Of a stretch of 64,000 nt of DNA, positions 48,910 through 60,951 are shown piece after piece. How positions within the stretch are numbered: position 1 is the stretch's first letter; each line of letters opens with the position of its first letter. The translations under genes were made by a program, and so were the position numbers. The notes below the pieces were generated by a model. The model had not been told where the DNA came from. It did not search any database and was given only the letters and a program-made list of their open reading frames with translations. The stretch covers positions 1,024,001-1,088,000 of the forward strand of contig CM000436.1 in assembly GCA_000165345.1 (NCBI GenBank). Reading direction: 5' to 3'.

Positions 48910-49313
48910 TAACTTATGTCATAATTTACTTGCCAACTTTAATCAATTCAAAATTCTTCTGAATTTATTGCTTTGAAAAATTATTAGTAAATACTCTTCT
49001 AACCTAAACATTTATTGTTGAAAACTTCTTGCTATCTCCCACTAACACTTCTATCTTACTTTCTCTCATTCGTTTTCTACATACTCATTTTCCTAGACTT
49101 GAAATTTTAAGATACAAATTTAGGCGGGAATTCTTCTTATTAACTACTTGTCAAAAGTTCAACAGTGAAGAAGAGTAAAATTTTAAGGGAGAAGGAGAGA
49201 AAAGGATTAAGTTTTAAATTTAGGAAGGCTAATATAGTCCAAAGACTTGATATCTAATCTAAAATCCCCTTTTTTTTACATACTAAAAGGTTAAAGATTG
49301 ATTCTTTTCATTT

Positions 49314-51611
49314 ATGGCTTCAATTTTAAGTCAAGAAGCTGAGAAGCGGCAAGATTCTCATCCTGTGACCCTTCAATTGTCAAATCGTCTAGTCAATTTC
49401 GTTTCTGGAGGATTTTTGGCCAACAAAACAGGTATAGAGTCTTCTTCTTACGTTTCAGATAATTCCCAGATCTCAGATAAAACACAGAAACATATGGACA
49501 AATTAAAAGAAAAAGAACAAATTGAAAATAATGTTCCATTAGCAAAGCCAGAATACTATTATTTCCCTCCAGAATTACTCACTGATGCAAGAGATTTTCT
49601 TGAACCAAAAGAAATCTCTCACTTCAGACCATATGGTAGAGGATTAGCTAATCCTGGTTGGAATACATGTTATTTTAATTCTATTTTACAAGCATTAACT
49701 TATGCACCTTATCTTTCAATTGATTGCTTAAGGAGGAATCACCAAAAGATTTGTAAACATATGAAAGACCATTTGGTTTGTATTATGTGTATGTTTGAAG
49801 ATCATGTTAATATTATGTTGGATAATACATCCAAATCTAATACAAAAAATGACCAACCAGTAGTTTCTAGTTTTATCAAATGTGCTCAAAAATTAATATG
49901 GAAAAGATTTAGAATTGGAATGATGCATGATGCACAAGAATTTCTAAGGTATTTCTTAGAAGCTTTACATAAATCTTGTTTACCTAAGAATTTACAAACT
50001 GATCAAACTTTTAGGAAAATACATCCTATTGCAGCTTCAACAACTTATATTGGTCAACTATTTTGTGGATTCTTTCTTTCTAGGATTGTATGTCATAATT
50101 GTCAATATACTTCCAATACATATGACCCATTTATGGATGTACCACTTGATATTATGGGGGTATCGAATTTAGAAAATGCTCTCAAATTATTTACTAAAAT
50201 TGAATATCTTAAAGGTGAAAATAGATATATGTGTCCAAAATGTAATCAGAGATCTGATGCTTCAAAACAACTTCTAATTGAGAAACTTCCTCCACTATTA
50301 ACAATTCAACTTAAGAGATTTAGTTATGTAGGACATGGAAGTAGAAAACCTAACAAAGCTATCAATTTTTCAGATGTTTTGGATTTACAACCATATATGT
50401 CTTCTAAGACTTATTCTGAATCTAAAGTATCTTCATCTAAATCTGAATCCTCTTATATTTACAAATTATGGGCTGTAGTATGTCATTCTGGTAATACTTT
50501 ATCTTGTGGTCATTATTATACCCATGCTAAGAGTATTGACAACAAATGGTATTGCTTTAATGATGATTACGTTAAACCAACAAGAATAGAAAATGTATTA
50601 AATGAGAATCATAAGGCTTATTTGTTGTTTTACTATAGGAGTGATTTTAATAAATATGACTTACTTAAGGATTCTGGTGTCTCCATAGAGTCTTTAGGGA
50701 AATCTCAGATCATTACTCCTTTAGCTCCTGAAATATCATTTATAAATCTTCAACTTAAATCAAACTCAAAATCCTCTATAAATGGTAAAAATAATAATTC
50801 TAAAGAATCATCAAATTCTGAATCAAATTTGAATGAATTTTTGGATCAATTATTAACAAATAAGTCTAAAGGAGAAAGAGATTTAGCCCAAAATCAAGAT
50901 CAAGATCCAAATTTACAATTTTATCAGAACCAACAAAATAATAACAATATTAGACTAGTTTTGAATCCAATAATAAATACGGATGTAAATAATGAAAAAT
51001 TAGATTCAAAGATTTCTATAATATCTAAAAATGAGCAAACAGAAAAGATTATTAAGGCTAAGATTTGTAATTTCAAGCTTAGATCCTTATTACTATGCGA
51101 TAATTGGATTACTAGATCCAAATCAAGAAGGAATTTAGCAACCATTTTTTATCTTAAGAAATTAAAGAAACTTGGATTATCAATGAACTACTTTATTAAA
51201 TCAAAATCAGGAAATTGTTCAAATGGAAAAGTTTTGATTAGTAATATTAACAAGAGTCAAATAGACACTTGGGAAGATCTTAATTTATCTAATGATACTA
51301 TTACAAGCTTGGAACAAGCTCAAAAATCTCTTCTTGCTCGTTCAAATATTAGATCAGATTATGATAAGGAATATGATAAAGGTAAAGTTAAAAAACCTCT
51401 AAGACAGGCTATTCTAGCTTCTACAAGTTCCAATAATAATAATGAAAAGAATACTAATAGTAAATTCCAAGCTAAAAAATCAGCATTTATGGAAAAGAGC
51501 AATATAAAAGATTTGGATACCTTAAGTACTAGTGAACTATTTGATATTGCTTTTAAGAATAAAGGTAACTTAAAGAACAAAAATAAAAGAAAAAATGTTA
51601 GAATTAGATAA
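49314..51611 (+). CDS. ubiquitin carboxyl-terminal hydrolase (USP/UBP family deubiquitinase)
   Basis: Cys box GLANPGWNTCYFNSILQAL and His box YKLWAVVCHSGNTLSCGHYYTHAK..WYCFNDDYV. Long S/N/K-rich C-terminal tail. Confidence 0.85.
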   Translation: MASILSQEAEKRQDSHPVTLQLSNRLVNFVSGGFLANKTGIESSSYVSDNSQISDKTQKHMDKLKEKEQIENNVPLAKPEYYYFPPELLTDARDFLEPKEISHFRPYGRGLANPGWNTCYFNSILQALTYAPYLSIDCLRRNHQKICKHMKDHLVCIMCMFEDHVNIMLDNTSKSNTKNDQPVVSSFIKCAQKLIWKRFRIGMMHDAQEFLRYFLEALHKSCLPKNLQTDQTFRKIHPIAASTTYIGQLFCGFFLSRIVCHNCQYTSNTYDPFMDVPLDIMGVSNLENALKLFTKIEYLKGENRYMCPKCNQRSDASKQLLIEKLPPLLTIQLKRFSYVGHGSRKPNKAINFSDVLDLQPYMSSKTYSESKVSSSKSESSYIYKLWAVVCHSGNTLSCGHYYTHAKSIDNKWYCFNDDYVKPTRIENVLNENHKAYLLFYYRSDFNKYDLLKDSGVSIESLGKSQIITPLAPEISFINLQLKSNSKSSINGKNNNSKESSNSESNLNEFLDQLLTNKSKGERDLAQNQDQDPNLQFYQNQQNNNNIRLVLNPIINTDVNNEKLDSKISIISKNEQTEKIIKAKICNFKLRSLLLCDNWITRSKSRRNLATIFYLKKLKKLGLSMNYFIKSKSGNCSNGKVLISNINKSQIDTWEDLNLSNDTITSLEQAQKSLLARSNIRSDYDKEYDKGKVKKPLRQAILASTSSNNNNEKNTNSKFQAKKSAFMEKSNIKDLDTLSTSELFDIAFKNKGNLKNKNKRKNVRIR

Positions 51612-52079
51612 TGATTATTACTAGGTAAATATACTATTTATTTTTGTTTACTTTTATCTTGTATTTATAATGCATTTTTGTCTCTGTAATAACATTTTTA
51701 ATATATTTTCATCACTAAGAGTACTTAAAGAGAAATGTGATAATGAAAGACATTAAAGAAAAATGGACAGTTTGGTATCGTATAGTAAATACAGGTACCG
51801 TATAGTATATAATGGAAGAGACTGGGGTAGAAGAGGAAAAGAATTCAGATCTGGAGATAAGATCTTAAAATGGAATCATCTAATCAATTTCAAGTAAAAT
51901 AAGTCTCAAATAAGTACTATTACGTCTAGATAAATCTTACAATTTCCTTGTCTCTAGTAATGTGTAATTAAGTAGATAATAGATGTTTACATTTCCCCTT
52001 AACTTTCTTTTCCTTGTAATATTAATTAAGAAAAGAGAGAAATTAGACAAATGCTTTTGGTCTTTTAATTCTAATTAGC

Positions 52080-52835
52080 CTAACACATTCTATCAATAAG
52101 TTTGTTGATCAAATTTTCTCTGTTACCGCAATCTCCACCTCTGGCTTCAGTAAATCTGGTAGATTTACGAACAAATCCACCATTTGGAGAGGAAAGCTTG
52201 AATGGCCATAATAAAGAAGTAACAGCCTTAAATTGCTCTCCACAAAAGAATAATTCACGAACCATACCTTCAATACCATAAACACCTTTAGAAGCAAGTT
52301 TCTTTTGAATAATAGAATTATCTTGAATACGTATTCTCTGATAACTACCTCTCTTTCCAACCTTTAAGTATCCTCTCTTATAAAGTAACTTACGAATCAT
52401 AGAAATAGATGGGTATCCATAAGCAACAAATGGATCAATAACCTTGAGCATTTCAATAGTTGCTTTATTTAAAGGTAAGAATACACCATTATTAATTTGA
52501 CGTAATCTAAATAACTGGAAGATTTTTCTAACTTTTGGAGATAATTTATTAATACCTTTAAGACGTATAACAAAAACAACCTTTGGTTCAGCTGGACGAT
52601 ATAATCCTCCATTTTGTTTGGCTTGTCTCTTTAAATCGATAATAGATTTAACATGTTCTTTGTATTGTTTTTGTAATTTCAATGCCTCGATCTTAGCCTT
52701 CTTACGTAAATCATTTAATTTGACTCTATCAGACTTGATCTTGGATTGAAAATCGGAGAATATCTTCATATTACGCTCCAATTTTAGTTTCTTTGACTCA
52801 CTTGGAGGAACCTTCTTTGTTACGAATCTTGACAT
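52080..52835 (-). CDS. RPL7: 60S ribosomal protein L7 (uL30)
   Basis: VFVIRLKGINKLSPKVRKIFQLFRLRQINNGVFLPLNKATIEMLKVIDPFVAYGYP, LWPFKLSSPNGG and GGDCGNRENLINKLIDRM are near-identical to eukaryotic L7. Track start 52856 is GTG; first ATG is at 52835. Confidence 0.9.
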   Translation of the reverse strand: MSRFVTKKVPPSESKKLKLERNMKIFSDFQSKIKSDRVKLNDLRKKAKIEALKLQKQYKEHVKSIIDLKRQAKQNGGLYRPAEPKVVFVIRLKGINKLSPKVRKIFQLFRLRQINNGVFLPLNKATIEMLKVIDPFVAYGYPSISMIRKLLYKRGYLKVGKRGSYQRIRIQDNSIIQKKLASKGVYGIEGMVRELFFCGEQFKAVTSLLWPFKLSSPNGGFVRKSTRFTEARGGDCGNRENLINKLIDRMC

Positions 52836-53039
52836 ATTTTCTAATTTATTTACCACAACAGTTAGAGAAAAAAGAATAAATGTACTAAATTGTTGGGATT
52901 TATAACTTGAATTTGGTAACTTCTTCCTTATTCAAGAATTAAAGTCAATTTTGCAGCAATTTTATTATTGAAATTAATTTTGAATTAGACAAGACAGTCG
53001 TAATTTTAAAGTTTATTATTTTAAATAAAATAAATAAAT

Positions 53040-53079
<40 letters not shown>

Positions 53080-53295
53080 TTATTTAATTTTAAACAAATA
53101 TTATTATTATGATTAATATTATTAAATTATGAATATGAATATTAATTAATTTAATTTAAATTAACTTTTTTTAATATTTTACTTTTAATACAAATTATAT
53201 TATTCTTTTTGATTAATAAAAATAATTCATAACTTATTACTTTTGTCATTTTTAAACCTTTATTAATTATTCATTATATTAACTAATATTTCCGT

Positions 53296-53331
53296 CTCAA
53301 ACAGGCGGGAAGACGAGTGCGTCTTGTCTCC
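53296..53331. promoter_or_regulatory. E2F-like GGCGGGAA with CGTCTCAAAC and GCGTCTTGTCT co-motifs upstream of RPL7
   Basis: TTCCGTCTCAAACAGGCGGGAAGACGAGTGCGTCTTGTCTCC. GCGTCTTGTCT is shared with 370-380. CGTCTCAA is shared with 31405 and, in reverse, 11320. Confidence 0.4.
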
Positions 53332-54014
53332 GGAAAATATATATATTATGTAAAGATGATTTATGGCTTAAAGTATCTAGATCTTGCAAGTATTTTTTGA
53401 ATTAATGTTTTTTTTATTTTTTTAAAGTATGATTTAATAAAATTAATATTAGTAAGATTGATATGTAATGAACCATATAATTATTAGTAATAGAAAGAGT
53501 AAAATAGTATTGGTATAAATAAATTAGTGGATCTGATGAATTTAGCATAAGAGTGTGACAATAGGAGCATGTAAAATAAAGACTGGATATTTAAGTACAG
53601 AAAAATAATGTAGTGAGACTAAAAGTATTATTCATCTGATAAAAAAATAAAACTAATCTATGATAAGATAATCAAATGGTTTTAATTTTTCGTCAAGAAA
53701 GTTACTGTTTTCATGTATTATTAATATTACCAGAAATAAAAGTAATAATAATAAACAAAAGATCATATAATTAAAGAAAAAAATTGTGAATTGATAGAAT
53801 CTCTAGATTTTTTTTCCTTCATTTCTTTCTTTCTATTTCTTTTTTCTTTTCTTTGTTTTCTTCTTCTGGAATGATTAATAATTTCATTTAAAACCTTTTA
53901 TTAGAGATAACTATTAGCAATTAATTAGTAATAAGTTAAGGCTAAAAGTTGAAATTAATAATTTAAATAAAGAAAAAAAGGAAAAATGTTATGAGATTGA
54001 ATCATTTTCAATGT

Positions 54015-54407
54015 TTAAAAGAAGAAACCAAGGATTTTACCACCAGTGTGTTTTCTTCTTGCCTCTTCTTGGTCCATAATACCATAAGATGTTGACAAAA
54101 CAATGTAACCAAATTGTCTGGATGGAAGTAAATCGGTACTAATTTGCTCAATATCAGATAAAGGAACATCATAACGTGGGGAGATGACTCCACATTTGTT
54201 GAGACGTCCAAGTAATTCAATGCAAATTTTTCCAGCTCTACGATCATCAACAACTTCGAATTCTCCAATATAACCACGTCTCTGCATACATTGTAAGAAT
54301 TTGATAATAACCTTTGAAGAAGGACGAATTAAAACTTGACGACGTCCCATCTTCTCAGCATTTAAAATAGCCTTTAAACAATCACTTAAAACTGAAACGC
54401 GAACCAT
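54015..54407 (-). CDS. RPS15A: 40S ribosomal protein S15a (uS8)
   Basis: 130 aa, near-identical throughout to eukaryotic S15a/S22 ([83 protein letters not shown]). Confidence 0.92.
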   Translation of the reverse strand: MVRVSVLSDCLKAILNAEKMGRRQVLIRPSSKVIIKFLQCMQRRGYIGEFEVVDDRRAGKICIELLGRLNKCGVISPRYDVPLSDIEQISTDLLPSRQFGYIVLSTSYGIMDQEEARRKHTGGKILGFFF

Positions 54408-54817
54408 TTTTTCTGTATTTTTGCTTCTTTAATATAGATATAACACAAATTTCTAATTATGTGGTAACCTGGAGTTGTCCTTTTTTATATATAAATATCT
54501 ATAAATTTTAAACGACTAATTAAAATTTAATTAGGTCAAATTACGCCTTTCAAAAAAAAAGAATTCCTTTTTTTCTTTGTTTAAATTTAATTGATGTTTA
54601 ATACGTATTAATTATTAAAGTAATTTCATTTACCGCTATTAATAATTTAATTTTTATTAATTGATAAAATTAATAACTCATTACATTTATTATATAAATA
54701 AATATTAGTCAATTATTATTTACAATATTTTATTTTCTTTATGCATTTTTTTTTTTTTTAAAGCATTTAATTATAATTTTATTACTATTAATAGAGACGC
54801 CGTCGTCCTAAGTTCAC

Positions 54818-54830
54818 GTTTGGGCGCCAA
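54818..54830. promoter_or_regulatory. E2F-like site GTTTGGGCGCCAA (divergent RPS15A/Nop14 promoter)
   Basis: Lies between starts 54407(-) and 55192(+). Confidence 0.4.
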
Positions 54831-55191
54831 CTTTTGTTACCTATTAATATTTTATGAAGAAAAAAAATTTTTTTTTTAATCTAAAAATAGGTAACTCGGT
54901 ATAACAGTAATTTATAGCCCGCCTTTTTTTTAAAAAAAAGTTTCACTATTAAAGAATTTTAGATAAGAGTCAAAAATTACAAGGGAATTTTAAGTGAGAA
55001 GAAATAAAAAAGCAGAGGGGGAAAATTGTTTAAGGTCATTAATTCAATTGAAATTATTGAATATGTATTAAAGTTAAAGTGGAAATATTAATTGATTCGA
55101 ATATTATCTAGTAATATAATTTAATAATTATTTGTAAATATCTTAAAATTTTGCATATTTAGATGAAATAAGTTCCAAATTAATGTGAAAG

Positions 55192-58100
55192 ATGGCTAAA
55201 AATAATGGAATAAAAGATCTGAGTTCAGCTTTTAATGTAGTAAAGTATNANNAGNAAGATCCTCATTTGAAAGTAATAAAGAGTAGAAATTCTAGTAAAA
55301 TAGAAAATTCATTAGATAAGAGAAAAGATAAATTGGGATTTAACGATCGTGATTTCCTTGAAAGAAAGAGGTCTATACTTAAAGAGTTATATTCAGAGGG
55401 AAGGAAGAGTGAATTTAATGATGAGAGAGAGAAGTTTGCTTTAAGAAAAGATTCTATTGGAGATAATTATCAGACTTTAATAGCTACTAAGCAATTAAAG
55501 AAGAAAGTTAAGAAGAGAAAGAATAACTTTAATTTGGACGAAGAAGAAGATGATGATAATGATTATAGAGGACATTCTGGTGAAAATTTAAATAATACTA
55601 GTACTAATGATTTAGAATTCACTCATCAAGGAAAATCTATTTCAGCCTTGGATGATAAGGCTATTCGTAAATATGATGGTAATATAGATGAGGATAATGA
55701 TTTCGATGATAATGATTATACTGGTAGCCGTAAAGGAGATAGTATTTTAGATGAGAAGAATATGCCAGGTTTTTTCTTTGGACAAGGAAATTCAGATGGA
55801 ACTTCTACTAAGTCTAGACAGGAGATATTTAAAGAAATTATGCAAAAGAGTAAGCTTGCAAAGATGGAGATGAAGAGACATAGAGAAAGTCTAGAGGAGG
55901 AGTTGGTTAATTTAGATAGTGCATTTTCTCAAGTTCAATCAATGCTTAGTTATAAACAGTCAAGAAAAGACAGAGTCAATTCTTTACTGAATAATATTAA
56001 TTCTAATTCTTCTGTTACTGATAATAATGGTAATGATAATAATATTCAGTCATCTGACAAGAATATTGAAGAATTGGATGAATATGAACAACTCAGAAAT
56101 CTTCTAAAGTTTGATACAAGAACTGGTGTTTCTGATAGAATTAAAACTGATGAAGAAATTGCAAAACTTAATGCTGAAAAACTTGAGAGGCTTGAAAAGG
56201 AGAGAAAAGAAAGAATGAATCTTGATGATTCCAATATTGACATTGACTTGAGTACTGAATCGGAAAATGAGTACTTTAAGGACGACTTTGATGATGAAGA
56301 TGGTGAAGAAGAGGACGGCTTTGAAGATGAAGAAGAAGATGAAGAAGAGGAAGAAGAAGAGGAAGAAGAAGAGGAGGAGGAAGAGGAGGAAGAAGAGGAG
56401 GAAGAAGAGGAGGAAGAAGAGGAAGATGAGGGACGGAAAGTAGAAAAGGACTGCTTTGAAGAGGAAGAAGAAGATGGGGAGGGGGAAGAAGAGGACGGTG
56501 AGGATGATGAGGAGAGAGTGAAACCCGCATCTAAAGGATTCATTGATTTCGAATTAAATGAAATTGATGAAATTGATTGGTTGGTGAACGATGAATCTGA
56601 ACCAAATTTACCATTTAGTGTTAATTTGAAGAAAATCTTGAAGGAATATAGTTTGAAGGGACTTATGGAATTTATGAATGGATTTTCTCCAAAATCTCAA
56701 TGGAAATTTATTTGCAGATTTAGATCATGCTTTAATAAGGGAGATACTGCAATGTTGAATGACTTAAAACTTCTTATTGGTTTTCTTATTAAATATCCAT
56801 TAAATTGTCTAAGAACAGCAGAATCAGATTCTGAAAAGAAGAATATTTTTCAATTTATTATTAATTATCTTAAGCTTATGAGTAGTCATTTATTATTTAT
56901 GGCAGAAACTGATCCAAAAGAATGCCTTATCATTTTCACTTACTTTACATTTGAAATTTGTCATACAACATTTCCAAGTGTTTATCACAAATATAAAAAA
57001 GTTGAAAAGTTTTTAAATGATAATCTTTTAAATGTAGAAAATGAAAACTATTATACTGAAATATTAGAAGAATGTCCATCTTTATACCAACTTTCTGAAG
57101 ATATATATGAACTGACTTTAGAACATATTGTGATATGTAGAATGATGTTTATATTATTCCCAGTTACTGATGCTCAACATCCAATATTAACTCCAGTTAT
57201 TATATGCTTGGAACAATGGGCTCACAGATGGAGTCAAGTTGGGAAATCTTTACTAAACACTAACACACCAGATCAAGATAGTGAAGAGTTTAAATACAAC
57301 CAAATAAGGCTTGTTGGGGGTAGTAACCCAAATATTAGTTGCATGATTGGAGTAATCTGTCTATTGGAGATATCTAGTATTGGTTATGCAAATAGTAAAT
57401 CAAATAATAATGGTAATGAATTGCTTGAAAGATTTAGTATTGGTTACTTTACTTTATCATTAAGTTGCCTTAAATGGCTGTTATTGTCTGATCCTGATAA
57501 TAATATTTCCATTGAAGAAAAAAGAATTTCATTATCAATAGGAATTCTTAAATCTTTAATTAGAGTAATTTCTGCTTTTAAAGATTTACAAGGGTTCCAT
57601 GCTATTATTATTCATCTTATCCGTGAAAATATCAAACAAATTAATGAATCATTAATGAAGATGGATAATTGTAAAGTATTGTTAAATTTGGTTTCTGAAA
57701 TTGAATCGATCTCTACAGAAATTGCCAATAGACCTCAAAAACCAATTAGTCTTTGTCCAAGACAAACTCCAACAATTAGATCTTTGATTCCCAAAATTGA
57801 TGATCCATCTGTTCCATTTGCTGCAAAAGCTATGCTTAGAGCCAAACATGGTCCCAAAGAATCCCAATATGAACATGAAAAGAAACATTATTTGTCTAGA
57901 TTGAAAAAAGAAGTCAATACTGCTAGAAGACAAGCCAGTAGACAACTTAGAAAAGATTCACAAGTGATTGCAAGTGCATGGCATGAAAATAGAACGGAAA
58001 AATCCAATAAACAAAATGCCAAGTATAATTCCTTCATGAAGATGTTAGAAGACGACCAAGCTGAATATAAGAGGATGAAGACTACAGGTGGAACCATGGA

Positions 58101-58194
58101 TACTTCAATTCAATCTTATAGAGCCAATAAACAAAACAAGAAGAAGAATCAAAAGATGGCTGGTAATAAAACTGCCAATGGTCTTGTCCACTAG
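55192..58194 (+). CDS. NOP14: Nop14 (Utp2)-like nucleolar SSU-processome protein with poly-Glu tract
   Basis: IKTDEEIAKLNAEKLERLEKERKERM and the C-terminal LIPKIDDP...LSRLKKEV..RQLRKDSQVIA match conserved Nop14 blocks (RTKTEEEKAKEEAERL..LEAERLRRM; FIPKFEENFNP...LRELRKDSRFLA). A 26-residue E-run is encoded by a GAA/GAG repeat at 56330-56450. Ambiguous bases at 55249-55255. Confidence 0.6.
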   Translation: MAKNNGIKDLSSAFNVVKYXXXDPHLKVIKSRNSSKIENSLDKRKDKLGFNDRDFLERKRSILKELYSEGRKSEFNDEREKFALRKDSIGDNYQTLIATKQLKKKVKKRKNNFNLDEEEDDDNDYRGHSGENLNNTSTNDLEFTHQGKSISALDDKAIRKYDGNIDEDNDFDDNDYTGSRKGDSILDEKNMPGFFFGQGNSDGTSTKSRQEIFKEIMQKSKLAKMEMKRHRESLEEELVNLDSAFSQVQSMLSYKQSRKDRVNSLLNNINSNSSVTDNNGNDNNIQSSDKNIEELDEYEQLRNLLKFDTRTGVSDRIKTDEEIAKLNAEKLERLEKERKERMNLDDSNIDIDLSTESENEYFKDDFDDEDGEEEDGFEDEEEDEEEEEEEEEEEEEEEEEEEEEEEEEEEEDEGRKVEKDCFEEEEEDGEGEEEDGEDDEERVKPASKGFIDFELNEIDEIDWLVNDESEPNLPFSVNLKKILKEYSLKGLMEFMNGFSPKSQWKFICRFRSCFNKGDTAMLNDLKLLIGFLIKYPLNCLRTAESDSEKKNIFQFIINYLKLMSSHLLFMAETDPKECLIIFTYFTFEICHTTFPSVYHKYKKVEKFLNDNLLNVENENYYTEILEECPSLYQLSEDIYELTLEHIVICRMMFILFPVTDAQHPILTPVIICLEQWAHRWSQVGKSLLNTNTPDQDSEEFKYNQIRLVGGSNPNISCMIGVICLLEISSIGYANSKSNNNGNELLERFSIGYFTLSLSCLKWLLLSDPDNNISIEEKRISLSIGILKSLIRVISAFKDLQGFHAIIIHLIRENIKQINESLMKMDNCKVLLNLVSEIESISTEIANRPQKPISLCPRQTPTIRSLIPKIDDPSVPFAAKAMLRAKHGPKESQYEHEKKHYLSRLKKEVNTARRQASRQLRKDSQVIASAWHENRTEKSNKQNAKYNSFMKMLEDDQAEYKRMKTTGGTMDTSIQSYRANKQNKKKNQKMAGNKTANGLVH

Positions 58195-58840
58195 TTTTCT
58201 ATATTAGTATATATACTTTTTTCGTCATATATATGATTTTTGTTTTTAACTTAATTAACTTATATGTTTACGCTTTATTCTTTTTATTTCAAAGTGAAAT
58301 TTTATGATTTATGTCCAAATTCCTTTCTTTTTTTTTATCCACATTTCAAATTATTAATCAATTATTTAATTACTGGTTGCATGCATGCACGTATTCATTT
58401 TTGCAATTCTTACTACACCGGTATATAAGCAATTGATTTATGTAATTAATGTGGACATTACGTGTCTATTAATAATTACCGGTATACAGTTTAAAGAAAA
58501 AAAAAATGTAAATAGCAAATTGCGGGAAAAAAAATCATTGCAATTATTAAATAATATACAATTATGCAGGAAAATTGAAGGAATTAACAAAACTTCTAAA
58601 ACAATTATATTGCTTTTAATGCTGGTATATGAAGATCAAAAAAACGATTAATTATTATTTTCTTTTATCGTTTACTCTGGAATAGAGATAAGTTGATTAA
58701 CTTCAAGTATTTAAAAATAAATTGTGATAAATTTTAATAGAAATATTATTATTGAAGAAGATTTAATCAATTTAAGTTAATTTATGATTTACAAAGTTTT
58801 TTTAAAATACTGAGGTAATAATTCAGATGAATAAAAAACA

Positions 58841-60136
58841 ATGAAGAAAAATCAATTAGCGTTAGAATTACATAAAAGTGCTAATATAACGGATTTGTCT
58901 GTATTAGAAGATGAAAAAAAGTTGGTAAGATTTGGTAATAGTGGAAAATTAAAACACAGAGGAGAACATTTGAAAAGACCTACGGAGTCAGAAGAATTAG
59001 AGATTTATGAAAAAACTAAAAAAGCTTTGAATTTAGTAATTGATAGAAAACAGGATACTCTTTATCCATTTAAAGAAAGCAAAAAAGAAGCTAAGACTGA
59101 ATTCATAAAATATAGATCGAGTTCCGATACTATTGGATACGATCCAAGGTTTGCTGAAAGAATAATTAAAGTAGTGGAAAGACCTAAAGATCCTTTAGAA
59201 CTTCCTAAATTTAAAAATAGAATATTGGGAGGTACAAAAAGGGAGGAAATGGTTCCTATTTTAAGACCACCATCAAAAAAGCTTACTCAAGAGGAAATTA
59301 AAGAGTGGAATATTCCCCCAAGTATTTCAAATTGGAAAAACCCTATGGGTTATACTGTTCCTTTAGATAAAAGAGTACAAGCTGATACTCGTGATTTAAT
59401 TAATATCTCAGTTAATGATAGATTTGCAACATTAAGTGAATCTTTACAACTTGCAGAGAAGAATGCAAGAGAACAAATTAAACTTAGAAATGAACTTCAA
59501 AAACAGAAGAAAATTAGAGAAGAAATGGAAAGAGAGGAAAAACTTAGAAAATTAGCAGAGTCGTCCAGATATGAAAGAAGTAGCCATCATCTTCTTTCAA
59601 AAATTCCAGAATTTTATCAGGATAAAAAAGAAGGTTCAGATGAAGATAATGACGAATTTGATCATATTAGAAGAATAGAATTAGAAAAAAGGAGAGAAAT
59701 TGAAAGAGAATTTAGGCAGGAAAGAGCAGGGAAAAAATCAAAAACATTACGTGATAGCGATAGAGATATTTCTGAACATATTGCTTTAGGCCAAGCTCAG
59801 TCTGCTAATATTGGGTCTTCTTCTGAGTCCCAGTTTGATGCAAGACTATTTAACAAGGTATCAGGATTAGATTCAGGATTTTCCAATGATACTATAAGTG
59901 TTTATGATAAGCCATTATTTAATACAAATAATTTAAAACATAGAGGATTATATACTTTTGAAGAAAGTAGAGTTGAAGAAAGTATTGGAGGAAGAGTTCA
60001 TGTACCTTCATTTTCAGGTACTGATAATTCCAAAACAGCTCTCAGAACAAAACCTGTTGAATTTGAAAGGGATGAAGATGATCCTTTTGGATTGGATAAA
60101 TTAATTGATTCAGTAAGAAAGGATTACAAAAAGTAA
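58841..60136 (+). CDS. SNW-domain protein (SKIP/Prp45 spliceosome component), probably lacking a 5' exon
   Basis: SNW domain RILGGTKREEMVPILRPPSKKLTQEEIKEWNIPPSISNWKNPMGYTVPLDKRVQADTR. The N-terminal (GYRKGW / FGDGGAFPEI) region seen in orthologs is absent from this ORF. Confidence 0.8.
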   Translation: MKKNQLALELHKSANITDLSVLEDEKKLVRFGNSGKLKHRGEHLKRPTESEELEIYEKTKKALNLVIDRKQDTLYPFKESKKEAKTEFIKYRSSSDTIGYDPRFAERIIKVVERPKDPLELPKFKNRILGGTKREEMVPILRPPSKKLTQEEIKEWNIPPSISNWKNPMGYTVPLDKRVQADTRDLINISVNDRFATLSESLQLAEKNAREQIKLRNELQKQKKIREEMEREEKLRKLAESSRYERSSHHLLSKIPEFYQDKKEGSDEDNDEFDHIRRIELEKRREIEREFRQERAGKKSKTLRDSDRDISEHIALGQAQSANIGSSSESQFDARLFNKVSGLDSGFSNDTISVYDKPLFNTNNLKHRGLYTFEESRVEESIGGRVHVPSFSGTDNSKTALRTKPVEFERDEDDPFGLDKLIDSVRKDYKK

Positions 60137-60417
60137 TTACAGGTTTTATTTATTTCAAGTATATTGAAAGAAATGTAATCAATTTTACACTCGTTAAGTT
60201 CATATTAAAAATATATTAAGATTATTAATGTTTTTATACTCAGTATATTATATATATTGTAATAAGATATTACCCTAGTTAAGTATATTGTATTAGTAGT
60301 TATGATGCAGTTATATTGTCTGTTAGTATTCTCTTACAATTAAATGAGAAGCAATTTCAACATTAATAATTAACATCATATAATTCTTTTTATAGGGACA
60401 ACTTTTGATGTTCTTTT

Positions 60418-60951
60418 TTATGCTTGTGATTCAACGCTGACACCTCTTCTTAAAGCTTCATAATAAGAGCTTGCAACCCAAGCAGCAAAGTAATCAAATC
60501 CAACAGTAATAATGGAAATAATCAAAACTACAAATGAAAATACTGAGAATCCAAGTCTGATAATTGCAAAGAATATTGCTGAAACAAGCAATAATGAGCT
60601 GATAGTAAGTAATAGTGCTTGAGCATATGCGAACATCTTGGAAGTTGATTCTTGTTTTTGATAAGCTGCAATAAGACCAATAACTCCAACTCCAAATCTT
60701 GCAATTGCTACAATGAGTCCTGGAAAACTCATTGCAGTGAAAATTTGAAAGATTGAAAAAGCCAAAGTAACTGATGAAAGGATTGTCACCACTCTTCTTA
60801 ATGGAAGAGGTCCAACTTTTCCTAATGGGTGTGGAAACAAGAAACCTGAAGCTTTTTCATAGTCTGCATATTCACGTGCTTTATCAATTCCTTGTTGGGC
60901 TGAAGATAAAAGTGATTCACTTTGATTCTTTAAAGTTTCTGCGTATGACAT
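60418..60951 (-). CDS. hypothetical small 4-TM membrane protein
   Basis: 177 aa, four hydrophobic helices, no family recognised. Confidence 0.4.
   Translation of the reverse strand: MSYAETLKNQSESLLSSAQQGIDKAREYADYEKASGFLFPHPLGKVGPLPLRRVVTILSSVTLAFSIFQIFTAMSFPGLIVAIARFGVGVIGLIAAYQKQESTSKMFAYAQALLLTISSLLLVSAIFFAIIRLGFSVFSFVVLIISIITVGFDYFAAWVASSYYEALRRGVSVESQA

Noticed and set aside
56046-56543. Minus-strand poly-Ser (165 aa) and poly-Pro/Leu (84 aa) ORFs
   Set aside because: Antisense of the GAA/GAG poly-Glu repeat of Nop14.
58385-58651. 88-aa plus-strand ORF between Nop14 and SKIP
   Set aside because: It lies in an AT-rich promoter full of regulatory motifs. No start context or motif. Likely spurious.
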